From: Promethearchaeota archaeon
GTDB taxonomy: Archaea; Asgardarchaeota; Hermodarchaeia; Hermodarchaeales; Hermodarchaeaceae
DNA length: 11,556 bases
NCBI GenBank assembly: GCA_048939625.1
Contig: JBHLPH010000041.1
Coordinates: forward strand, 1-11,556
Direction of reading: 5' to 3'
Part shown: piece after piece, positions 1 through 7,355 of the stretch
Numbering within the stretch: position 1 is the first letter of the stretch
How the letters are laid out: each line of letters opens with the position of its first letter
The notes under the pieces: model-generated
What the model was told of the DNA's origin: nothing
What the model saw: the letters and a program-made list of their open reading frames with translations, nothing else
Database searches by the model: none
Translations under genes and position numbers: made by a program

Positions 1-28
1 TAGTAAAACGGAGGGACGCACATTGAGC

Positions 29-110
29 TACTTAAGGCTTTCGCAGTCTTCGGTAGCTCTTCACGGCTCCAGCCTTCGGGTTGTGGCAACCGCGATAAAT
101 TAAGCTTTCG
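29..110 (-). promoter_or_regulatory. Two candidate tandem archaeal BRE-TATA promoters pointing out of the left window edge
   Basis: The minus strand reads CGAAAGCTTAATTTA (110..96) and CGAAAGCCTTAAGTA (43..29), each a purine-rich BRE-like CGAAAG followed by a TTAA box. They resemble CAAAAGCTTTATA upstream of the tRNA. The target gene would lie outside the window. Confidence 0.35.
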
Positions 111-244
111 GTTTATTAGGACCAAAATGGCCAGGGTATTTATCAGAAAGAGGGAGAGGCGACATTACCGGTAGATGGATAATCCTTTTCTTCGTATTCT
201 TCGCACACTAGCACCCATTTGGATAACCATCGGGAGATTTCTAT

Positions 245-1201
245 GTGTCAAAAACCGACACTTCACAAACAGGGCGAGTATTAAACATTCAGCGCTTCTC
301 CACTGAAGATGGCCCGGGAATCCGTACAACTGTCTTTCTAATGGGATGTGCATTGAAATGCCACTGGTGTCAAAATCCAGAAACATGGACTGTGACATCC
401 CAACTTGTGTGGTACCAAGATCGCTGCATTGGTGCACAGCATTGCCTTTCTGCGTGTCCGAAAAACGCATTATCTTTGTCAGCTTCCGGTATGACCATAG
501 ATCGGGAAGCCTGTGATGGGTGTGGGCAATGTATCCTAGTCTGTCCTGCGAAGGCGCTGGAGTTACTTGGAACCGAAAAAAACGTTCAAGAAGTTGTCGA
601 AGAAGTCCTCCGTGATAAGCCCTTTTACGATGAATCGGGGGGTGGTGTTACCCTTAGTGGTGGCGACCCCCTCTTCCAACATCAATTCTCTCACAAACTC
701 CTAAAGCAGTTTTCCAAAGAAAACCTCCATACTGCAGTAGATACCGCAGGATTTGCACCAAAGGAGATTTTCCAACACATCATTCAAGAAAGTGACCTTG
801 TCCTATTTGACCTAAAACACATGGATGCAAGCCAGCACCTCGAGTATACTGGTGTGCCCTTAGAACCTATCCTGAAGAACGCCAAATGGCTTGGAGGACT
901 AGATAGGCCCGTTTGGATTCGCACCCCAATTATCCCGGGATATACAGACTCGCCACAAAATATCGCAGCTATTGCCGCATTCATACGACTTCATCTCCCC
1001 AATGTTGAACGCTGGGATCTATTAGGCTTCAACACACTATGTAAGGCTAAATGGAAACGATTAGATAGAACCTTCCCGTGCGAGAATATCCAACTTGTTA
1101 GTGAGAATCAAATCAAATCCCTTGTAAAAATCGCTAAGGACTCCCTAATCGAACAGATTACCTGGTCTGGTGTCACACAAGAATCAACCATACAAGAATA
1201 G
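245..1201 (+). CDS. Glycyl-radical enzyme activating protein (radical SAM, PflA/PflC-like) with ferredoxin insert
   Basis: N-terminal IQRFSTEDGPGIRTTVF, radical SAM motif GCALKCHWCQNPE (CxxxCxxC), inserted CIGAQHCLSACP and CDGCGQCILVCP, then SGGGVTLSGGDP, FDLKHMD and IRTPIIPG. GTG start with GGGAG upstream. Confidence 0.93.
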   Translation: MSKTDTSQTGRVLNIQRFSTEDGPGIRTTVFLMGCALKCHWCQNPETWTVTSQLVWYQDRCIGAQHCLSACPKNALSLSASGMTIDREACDGCGQCILVCPAKALELLGTEKNVQEVVEEVLRDKPFYDESGGGVTLSGGDPLFQHQFSHKLLKQFSKENLHTAVDTAGFAPKEIFQHIIQESDLVLFDLKHMDASQHLEYTGVPLEPILKNAKWLGGLDRPVWIRTPIIPGYTDSPQNIAAIAAFIRLHLPNVERWDLLGFNTLCKAKWKRLDRTFPCENIQLVSENQIKSLVKIAKDSLIEQITWSGVTQESTIQE

Positions 1202-1297
1202 CTTGGGATATATTTGATACTATGACGATATTAAAATGAAAATACCAAACCTGCTCATGAAGCGTTTTCATAAATCAGCTTTGATGGTGAATTCACG

Positions 1298-2386
1298 TTG
1301 GTAAAGAAGCAACAAAAACGTGCTCGCGAACTTGGATTAATTATTGGAAAGATGCCACCAGGACCACGTAACAGTATAACAGATGTTCCCGGAGTGTTGG
1401 TGGGACATTCAACTATAATTGAAGGTAAAGGAAAACTCGTTCCAGGTAAAGGACCGATACGCACTGGTGTTACAGCAATCCTTCCTCATGATGGGAACTT
1501 GTTTTTGGAATCTGTTGTTGGGACAGTTCATATCATCAATGGTTATGGTAAGGCTGTTGGACTTGCTCAACTACTGGAACTGGGTCGAATTGAAACGCCA
1601 ATTCTTTTGACGAGCACACTGAACGTCGGTATTGTTGAAGATGCTGTAACTCAATATGTGATTAAGCAAAATCCCCAAACGGGGATTTCGATAACTACTC
1701 CGAACCCGATCGTTGCTGAGTGTCATGATGGTTTTCTTAACGATGCTCAAGGTCGTCATGTTCGCCCGTCCCATGTGTTTGAGGCAATTAAAGGGGCTTC
1801 AAATGATGTCGAAGAAGGCTGCGTAGGTGCTGGAACAGGCATGATGGCATACGGGTACAAGAGTGGAATCGGTACTGCGTCCCGAATTATTCCTGAGAAA
1901 CAGGGAGGATACAGCATTGGGAGTCTTGTGGTTCCTAACTGTGGAAGAAAAGGTGATCTTATCCTTAACGGTAGACCCATAACCGAATTATTAAAAGAGA
2001 CCCAAAGCTCCACCGATGAATCTCCTCATATACATGGAGGTTCAATTATCGTCATTATAGCTACCAATGCTCCACTTTCATCCCGTCAATTGGGTCGATT
2101 GGCACGACGTGCCACAATTGGGATAGGACGAACAGGAAGTGTTGTTAGCCACGGGAGCGGGGATTTTGTCATTGCATTCAGCACTGCTCATCGTGACCCC
2201 CTCAAAGCATCAATGGTACTTAGTAAACGTGCACAGTTAAGAGAAGGATTGCTTACAGCGTATTTTGGAGGAGTTATAGAAGCTACAGAAGAGGCGATAA
2301 TAAATGCTCTTTGCATGGCCACTTACATGAAAGGCCGAGATGATCATTTCGGAAAGCCACTGCCTACTGATGAGCTCTTCCTTTAA
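1298..2386 (+). CDS. dmpA: DmpA-family (P1/S58) L-aminopeptidase/D-esterase, autoprocessed
   Basis: Motifs GPRNSITDVPGVLVGH, RTGVTAILP, NGYGK, EGCVGAGTGM, G-SII autocleavage site, SGDFVIAFST and EATEEAIINAL. TTG start 7 nt after a GGTGA Shine-Dalgarno. Confidence 0.92.
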   Translation: MVKKQQKRARELGLIIGKMPPGPRNSITDVPGVLVGHSTIIEGKGKLVPGKGPIRTGVTAILPHDGNLFLESVVGTVHIINGYGKAVGLAQLLELGRIETPILLTSTLNVGIVEDAVTQYVIKQNPQTGISITTPNPIVAECHDGFLNDAQGRHVRPSHVFEAIKGASNDVEEGCVGAGTGMMAYGYKSGIGTASRIIPEKQGGYSIGSLVVPNCGRKGDLILNGRPITELLKETQSSTDESPHIHGGSIIVIIATNAPLSSRQLGRLARRATIGIGRTGSVVSHGSGDFVIAFSTAHRDPLKASMVLSKRAQLREGLLTAYFGGVIEATEEAIINALCMATYMKGRDDHFGKPLPTDELFL

Positions 2387-2435
2387 TGAAAGTCTAAGTT
2401 ATCACCGAGTAACGTCTAAGATTCGTAATTATTTG

Positions 2436-4109
2436 TTAGAATTTAGGCGTTCTTTTTCGAGCTCCAATAATATAGTGATTGTAAAAAGTATCGAGTATAT
2501 CGTAGGCAATGTTGTCAGCATGATCACCGATTCTTTCTAGATTTCGAAGTGTTTCGGTGAACATCACATCTGCTTCTGGTAGACAAATGCCCTTGGTGGT
2601 CCTTTTTATGTGTGCTTGTTTAGATTTTCGTTCTAAGACATCAACCTCGTCTTCTAGGTCCACCGCTTGTTTAGCTAAGATTTCGCTTCTCTGTTTCATA
2701 GCTGCTATTGCAGTTGAATAGGTTTCTTCAACTTTTGTGAAGAGTTTTGTTAATTCTTTTATCGCCTTTTCGGAGAAGGTTATCCGTTCTTTCACTCTAA
2801 GAATACCAAACTCAGCTATGTTATTCGTCATATCGCCAACGCGTTCAACATCAACGATTATATTCAGTAATTTTATTCGCCACAGCTTCTGTCTCTCGGC
2901 TAAATCCTCTTCTTTAATTTTATCAATGAATAGCTCTGTTTCGTCACAATATTCATCCACTTCATCCTCTAAAACTAGAACTTCTTTTGCAGCATTTAGA
3001 TCTTCATTGATTACCGCTAATTTACTTAGATTTAGCATTTTGAGAGTTTTTTCGGCGATGGTGGTTACTTCTTTTTCAGCTTCCTGTAAGGCAAGTTGGG
3101 CAATGTTCAGCATCTTTTCATCGAAGAAATGTCGTGATTTGAGTTCTCCTTCTCTCTTTGGAATTATCCGTTCACAGAACCAAACTAGTGCACCTACAAA
3201 GGGAATGAACATCAAACTCACTAATACATTGAAAATTGTATGAGCGTTTGCTATCTGACGAGCAAGATCAGGGCTAGTCAAGCTCACAAGTTGTGTAAAT
3301 GGAATGAGAAAAGGTAAGAAAATGAAAACTCCTACGAAGTTTATTGTTGCTTGAGCCACAGCAGTCCGTTTCGCAGGTCGAGTTGCTCCGATTGCCGCAA
3401 ATAATTCTAAGAATGTGGTACCGATATTAGCACCCATAACAATGGCTATTGCTGCTTCTAAATTTATAGCCCCAGCTCTTCCAAATGCAATAACGAGGCT
3501 AGTAGTTGCCGAGCTGCTCTGCGTGACACCCGCAATTAAGGCACCTATAAGAATTCCAATAAGAGGAATCTGACCAAATGTATTGATTAGATAGATGAAA
3601 ATCGGTAAATTCACAAGGGGTTCTATTCCCAAACCCATGATGTCCATTGCGAGAAACAGTAAACCTAAGCTAAAACCAATTTTTGCTACAAATTTCACCT
3701 TTTCATTTTTGGAGAGAAACCCGACAAAGAATGCTATTGCAATCAGAGGAAAATAAGCCAATCCTATATTGAATGAGACGATCTGAGCGGTGATTGTAGT
3801 ACCAATTTCTGATCCAAGAATGACGTTTACTGATTGTCTAAAAGTCATGATTCCTGCATTGACCATTCCAATTAAAGTTAGAACTGTGATACTGGAACTC
3901 TGTGTCATTATTGTGGTGGCGGTTCCTACACCCATTCCTTTTACAGGATTATCTGTTGCCTTTTCTAGTATCTTGACAACACGTGGACCTGTAATTTTTG
4001 CCAAGCTATCGCTAAGTAATTTGACACTATACATGAAGAGCGCAAGACCACCGACAATTGTGAACACAATTGCTAGAGTTTCAATGACTTGCATAGAATG
4101 GCTCTCCAT
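2436..4109 (-). CDS. Na+/phosphate cotransporter (NptA/YjbB, SLC34-like) with C-terminal PhoU-like domains
   Basis: Hydrophobic N-terminal half with two QSSS repeats (TQSSSITV, TQSSSATT), GSEIGTT/GANIGTT and RQIANAHTIFN. Helical C-terminal half with two PhoU signatures (EDEVD...VERVGD and EDEVD...LERIGDHA). Confidence 0.93.
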   Translation of the reverse strand: MESHSMQVIETLAIVFTIVGGLALFMYSVKLLSDSLAKITGPRVVKILEKATDNPVKGMGVGTATTIMTQSSSITVLTLIGMVNAGIMTFRQSVNVILGSEIGTTITAQIVSFNIGLAYFPLIAIAFFVGFLSKNEKVKFVAKIGFSLGLLFLAMDIMGLGIEPLVNLPIFIYLINTFGQIPLIGILIGALIAGVTQSSSATTSLVIAFGRAGAINLEAAIAIVMGANIGTTFLELFAAIGATRPAKRTAVAQATINFVGVFIFLPFLIPFTQLVSLTSPDLARQIANAHTIFNVLVSLMFIPFVGALVWFCERIIPKREGELKSRHFFDEKMLNIAQLALQEAEKEVTTIAEKTLKMLNLSKLAVINEDLNAAKEVLVLEDEVDEYCDETELFIDKIKEEDLAERQKLWRIKLLNIIVDVERVGDMTNNIAEFGILRVKERITFSEKAIKELTKLFTKVEETYSTAIAAMKQRSEILAKQAVDLEDEVDVLERKSKQAHIKRTTKGICLPEADVMFTETLRNLERIGDHADNIAYDILDTFYNHYIIGARKRTPKF

Positions 4110-4232
4110 AAAAGAAGTAAGAGTTAGATTACGAATTCTTCGAAGCGAAGGTGCATATATAATTTTTCGAAGTAATCTATATATACTGTGTATATTCTAT
4201 ACTCCCAACGATAGTGTTGTGAGCTACCCAAA
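4110..4232. promoter_or_regulatory. Divergent promoter region of the phosphate transporter and regulator
   Basis: 123-nt AT-rich spacer between divergent starts. TATATA at 4156, 4178 and 4180, TATAT at 4191, and a perfect inverted repeat TAGATTAC (4125-4132) / GTAATCTA (4172-4179). Confidence 0.55.
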
Positions 4233-5249
4233 ATGTCAACTGAAACACGAAAAGTGCAAATTACTGGCGGAGCAACCTACATTATTTCTTTGCCGAAGCG
4301 GTGGGCAGCGAAAGCAGGATTGAAACCGGGAAGCAAACTGCAACTTGTTCCTCAAGATCGATACTCCTTATTACTCTACACGGCTGAATCACCTGAAGCC
4401 GATGTCCTCTCTGAGAGTCACGTCGCAATTCCAAAGGGAATGCCCACAGAAGATATTGTCAGAAATTTCATCACGCAGTATCTAGCTGGCTTTGATATAA
4501 TACAACTTGATTTACAATACGTTAAAGCAGATCAACGTATAGCCGTGAAAGACACCATTCGACGTTTGATGATTGGAGCCGAAATCGTCTCAGAGACCAC
4601 TGAAAGGATTATTGTCCAATGTTTTTTGGGACAGGCTAATCTACCACTTTTGAATGCCCTTGAACGTATGGAAGGCCTGGTAAGTTCGATGCAACACGAC
4701 GCCGGAATAGCATTTTTAGAAGGAGACAAACGACTCGCCGAAGAAGTTGTCCAGCGTGATCCCGAAGTGGATCGCTTTTACTTTTACATTGTTCGCCAAT
4801 TAACATCTGCTATTAGCCGAACAGATCATATTCAAAAAATCGGCTTGACCACTCCTCAAGCCGTGTTAGGTTATCGTATGTTAGTTAAAAGTATTGAACG
4901 CGCAGGAGATCATGCCACGAGAATTGGTTCTATAGCCACAACCACAAGGCTACCAGAAAAGTCGCCACTGGCGACCACCTACAGAAAAATGCACAAATTG
5001 GCAAATACTATTTTTCATGATTCATTGAAAGCTCTTAGAAGCTTAGATGTGCCCTTAGCCCATAAAACCATTCATCGCGTTGATGAAATGGTTCAGCTTG
5101 AAGAGAGGGGGATTCGGTATTTGTTGGGTAGTAATTACCCCGTTGAATCTGTGTTAAACTTCCGATTGGTATTGGAGAGCCTGCGACGTATTGCTGAATA
5201 TGGATCAGATATCGCTGAAACGGCAATCAACTTGTCCGTTGAACGATAG
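4233..5249 (+). CDS. phoU: Archaeal phosphate uptake regulator (AbrB/SpoVT DNA-binding domain plus PhoU repeats)
   Basis: N-terminal ETRKVQITGGATYIISLPKRWA (AbrB-like). PhoU repeats RDPEVDRFY...IERAGDHA and ESLRRIAEYGSDIAE. Divergent from a phosphate transporter. Confidence 0.92.
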   Translation: MSTETRKVQITGGATYIISLPKRWAAKAGLKPGSKLQLVPQDRYSLLLYTAESPEADVLSESHVAIPKGMPTEDIVRNFITQYLAGFDIIQLDLQYVKADQRIAVKDTIRRLMIGAEIVSETTERIIVQCFLGQANLPLLNALERMEGLVSSMQHDAGIAFLEGDKRLAEEVVQRDPEVDRFYFYIVRQLTSAISRTDHIQKIGLTTPQAVLGYRMLVKSIERAGDHATRIGSIATTTRLPEKSPLATTYRKMHKLANTIFHDSLKALRSLDVPLAHKTIHRVDEMVQLEERGIRYLLGSNYPVESVLNFRLVLESLRRIAEYGSDIAETAINLSVER

Positions 5250-5264
5250 CACATGTTTCAGGAT

Positions 5265-5795
5265 TTAGAGGTCAAATTGAGCTCCGCAATATGCACAAAA
5301 TCGAGCGTCTCCATCATTTTCGGTTTTGCACTTGGGGCAAATTAAAACAGCGTCTTCTTCGGGTTCTTCAAAGAGGTCTTGAAGAGGCACGGATTCTGCC
5401 ATATAGATTTCATTCACGGCTTTAGCGGAGGTGTAAATGGGGCTCCAAAGAATTCGTTTATTATCTTTGACTCCATGTGTTGGACACTCTAACAACACTA
5501 CAGTGAAATGCCCTTTGATTCCTGACCGTTTTGGTTGGGCAGGTTCCCCACAGATATTGCACCGAAAAAGGCGATTTCCGACAGGGCCAATCCACTCACT
5601 AAGACGACTATAGGGTAAAAAGATGCGTCGCACTCGTCGGTGTACAGGGCATCGCACATAAGCGGCTAATGGTTGGAGCTCCTTATTTTTTGAAACCTGA
5701 ACCTCATCGATTTTTAAAAGAATATATGGTCGTCCGCAGGGGCAGGTTAATGCGCCTTCCCAGGCGATGTCGGTTTCAGATTCCGAGTTAGTAAT
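5265..5795 (-). CDS. Hypothetical multi-zinc-finger protein with C-terminal zinc ribbon (start uncertain: ATT 5795 or TTG 5921)
   Basis: CPC-x28-CPVH, CNIC-x21-CPTH, an acidic linker, then CPKC-x10-CAYCG. The 5921 start overlaps the MTase by 89 nt and adds low-complexity sequence. An in-frame ATT at 5795 lies 8 nt after GGAGG. Confidence 0.75.
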   Translation of the reverse strand: MTNSESETDIAWEGALTCPCGRPYILLKIDEVQVSKNKELQPLAAYVRCPVHRRVRRIFLPYSRLSEWIGPVGNRLFRCNICGEPAQPKRSGIKGHFTVVLLECPTHGVKDNKRILWSPIYTSAKAVNEIYMAESVPLQDLFEEPEEDAVLICPKCKTENDGDARFCAYCGAQFDL

Positions 5796-5832
5796 GGTGT
5801 GTTCCTCCGTGCTAGTTTTTAAATTTAAATAC

Positions 5833-6642
5833 TTAAGGTTTGGTGACTCCTGGTTGAGGTTTTTGGAAGATGAGGATGTATTCGTGAATCTTGTTGACCC
5901 GGAAGGTGGTTGGGTAACCAAGAGGGCGAAGGTTATGATAGTCTTTGCGGCGGTCCCAGATTATGATGTCCTCTAGTTGGAATCCGACATTAGTCCATTG
6001 ATTGATGCAATCAATGTGGAGGGGGTAGAATTTGTTTTTCTTTCGGAGATCCATTACTATCAGGATACACCAGTGTCCAGGTTTTAGTACTGTGAACAGA
6101 TGCCTTGAGATTGTTCCAAGTGATTCCAAAAAATCTGAGTACTTTGGAATATTACCAAGATCCTGCGATGATGCGGTGTAGGGTCGCGAGGTTTTTCCAT
6201 CAGCAGTACGGCGTTGTTGATGGATATTCCAATAGGGTGGAGATGTAACGATAAGATCGATGGAATTGCGGGGGATGATGTCCACTAGCATGTTAGCAGT
6301 TTCGCAATAAATGTGCACTTTCGATTGTTTCAGATGTAGACGTTTTTTGGCAAGTTGGATATATTTTGGTGAGATATCAAATCCGATTGCGTGACAACCG
6401 AGTTGTTGAGCAGCGATTAATGTGCTGCCGGCGCCCATGAACGGATCGAGTACAGTGTCTCCTGGCTTTGTGTAGATTTTTAAAAGACGCTCAACCAGTT
6501 TTTGAGGAAACAGTGCCGGGTGCTTGAGTCTGCTTTCTTCCGTGGTTTTTCCGATTTCCCAGATGCTAATCGAATATCGTGTCCACGTTTTACCGTCTAA
6601 CGCGTTTAGTTTCTTTTTCTCGTGATTGGTTGAGATTGGCAT
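5833..6642 (-). CDS. Site-specific amino-DNA methyltransferase (probably N4-cytosine) with permuted motif order
   Basis: HPALFP (aa 41-46), VLDPFMGAGST (SAM-binding motif I), IDLIVTSPPYW (catalytic motif IV), VLKPG, IIIWD and HEYILIFQK. Confidence 0.88.
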   Translation of the reverse strand: MPISTNHEKKKLNALDGKTWTRYSISIWEIGKTTEESRLKHPALFPQKLVERLLKIYTKPGDTVLDPFMGAGSTLIAAQQLGCHAIGFDISPKYIQLAKKRLHLKQSKVHIYCETANMLVDIIPRNSIDLIVTSPPYWNIHQQRRTADGKTSRPYTASSQDLGNIPKYSDFLESLGTISRHLFTVLKPGHWCILIVMDLRKKNKFYPLHIDCINQWTNVGFQLEDIIIWDRRKDYHNLRPLGYPTTFRVNKIHEYILIFQKPQPGVTKP

Positions 6643-6708
6643 GAAAAATAGCCCCGATCGTATGGCTTATCCACTTCAGAGTTAAAAAGGAGTATTTCTG
6701 GTGGGAAT

Positions 6709-7272
6709 CTAGATTGTGAAGTTGGTCTCTTTCTTGGTTGAGGTGAGGGCTTTGCTTAGAACCATGCGAGATAAGCTTGTGAAGGCTTTTTCGACATTTT
6801 CACCTGATAAGGCTGATGTTTCAAAAAAGTAGGCTTTCATACGTCGTGCAAGGCGATCTCCTGAAGTGGTACTTACTACTCGATGTTTGGCTAGATCCGC
6901 TTTTGTGCCCCATAAAGTGGGTACATAATCATCTAGCACTTCGTTGACTTCGGGAATCCAGCGTTTTTCAATCGCGCGATACGATTCGGGGCGGGTGATG
7001 TCATATACGAAGATGACACCGTTTGCGCCTTGGTAATATCGCTTTCGTAGCGCGCTAAAGCGTTCTTGCCCTGAAGTATCCCATAGCGCTAGATTTACAT
7101 GGAAACCATCAACTTCGAGCTCCTTATTCGTAACATCCATGGCTATTGTTGTGAGGTAGTCTTCAGTAAAGGTGTTTGTGGCAAATCGGCGAACTAGAGA
7201 GGTTTTTCCAACCGCCCAGTCTCCACAGACTATAATTTTGAAGACATACTTGTTAGAACTCTCAGATGACAA
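6709..7272 (-). CDS. Ras-superfamily small GTPase (Rab-like, with Rho-like motifs); eukaryotic signature protein
   Basis: G1 GDWAVGKT, G2 YLTTI, G3 WDTSGQE, G4 GTKAD, G5 ETSAL. 187 aa, stand-alone, no C-terminal cysteine. TTG start with GGGGT upstream. Confidence 0.95.
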   Translation of the reverse strand: MSSESSNKYVFKIIVCGDWAVGKTSLVRRFATNTFTEDYLTTIAMDVTNKELEVDGFHVNLALWDTSGQERFSALRKRYYQGANGVIFVYDITRPESYRAIEKRWIPEVNEVLDDYVPTLWGTKADLAKHRVVSTTSGDRLARRMKAYFFETSALSGENVEKAFTSLSRMVLSKALTSTKKETNFTI

Positions 7273-7309
7273 GGTATTACCCCGCTAATCGCTAGTTTCC
7301 GAATATTAG

Positions 7310-7323
7310 TTTTAAAGCTGTCG
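7310..7323 (-). promoter_or_regulatory. Candidate TATA promoter of the small GTPase gene
   Basis: Minus-strand CGACAG-CTTTAAAA about 40 nt upstream of the TTG start. Confidence 0.45.
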
Positions 7324-7355
7324 TTAACATCTAAGGGGACCTCTAAGGCTTGAAT

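Noticed and set aside
25-59. Hairpin starting GAGC resembling group II intron domain V or a SECIS element
   Set aside because: It lacks the 2-nt bulge and GNRA loop of domain V and the GAA/A or AUGA/GA core of a SECIS. No in-frame UGA selenoprotein is visible in the window.
71-85. GCCTTCGGGTTGT resembles a bacterial 16S rRNA segment
   Set aside because: The match is short and the flanks show no rRNA similarity.
165-2013. Short antisense or alternate-frame ORFs (165..470, 784..984, 1255..1464, 1419..1610, 1571..1774, 1756..2013)
   Set aside because: They overlap well-supported genes and have no recognisable motifs; shadow ORFs.
2340-5226. ORFs 2340..2540, 2737..3243, 3790..4323, 4532..4729 and 5035..5226
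   Set aside because: They are antisense or overlapping shadows of the transporter and phoU genes, Ser/Ile-rich and without motifs.
5796-5976. N-terminal extension of the Zn-finger ORF to 5921, and ORF 5767..5976 (+)
   Set aside because: Both overlap the conserved MTase C-terminus. The extension is low-complexity and contains TATA-like and SD-like signals.
5265-6642. Classical type II restriction-modification pair, or Trm11 tRNA methylase
   Set aside because: The Zn-finger protein shows no PD-(D/E)xK, HNH or GIY-YIG motif. The MTase lacks a THUMP domain and carries HPAxFP and HEYIL motifs of DNA amino-MTases.
6709-7272. Eukaryotic contamination as the source of the GTPase
   Set aside because: It is intronless, has no prenylation motif, has a TTG start with an archaeal TATA box, and is contiguous with archaeal genes.
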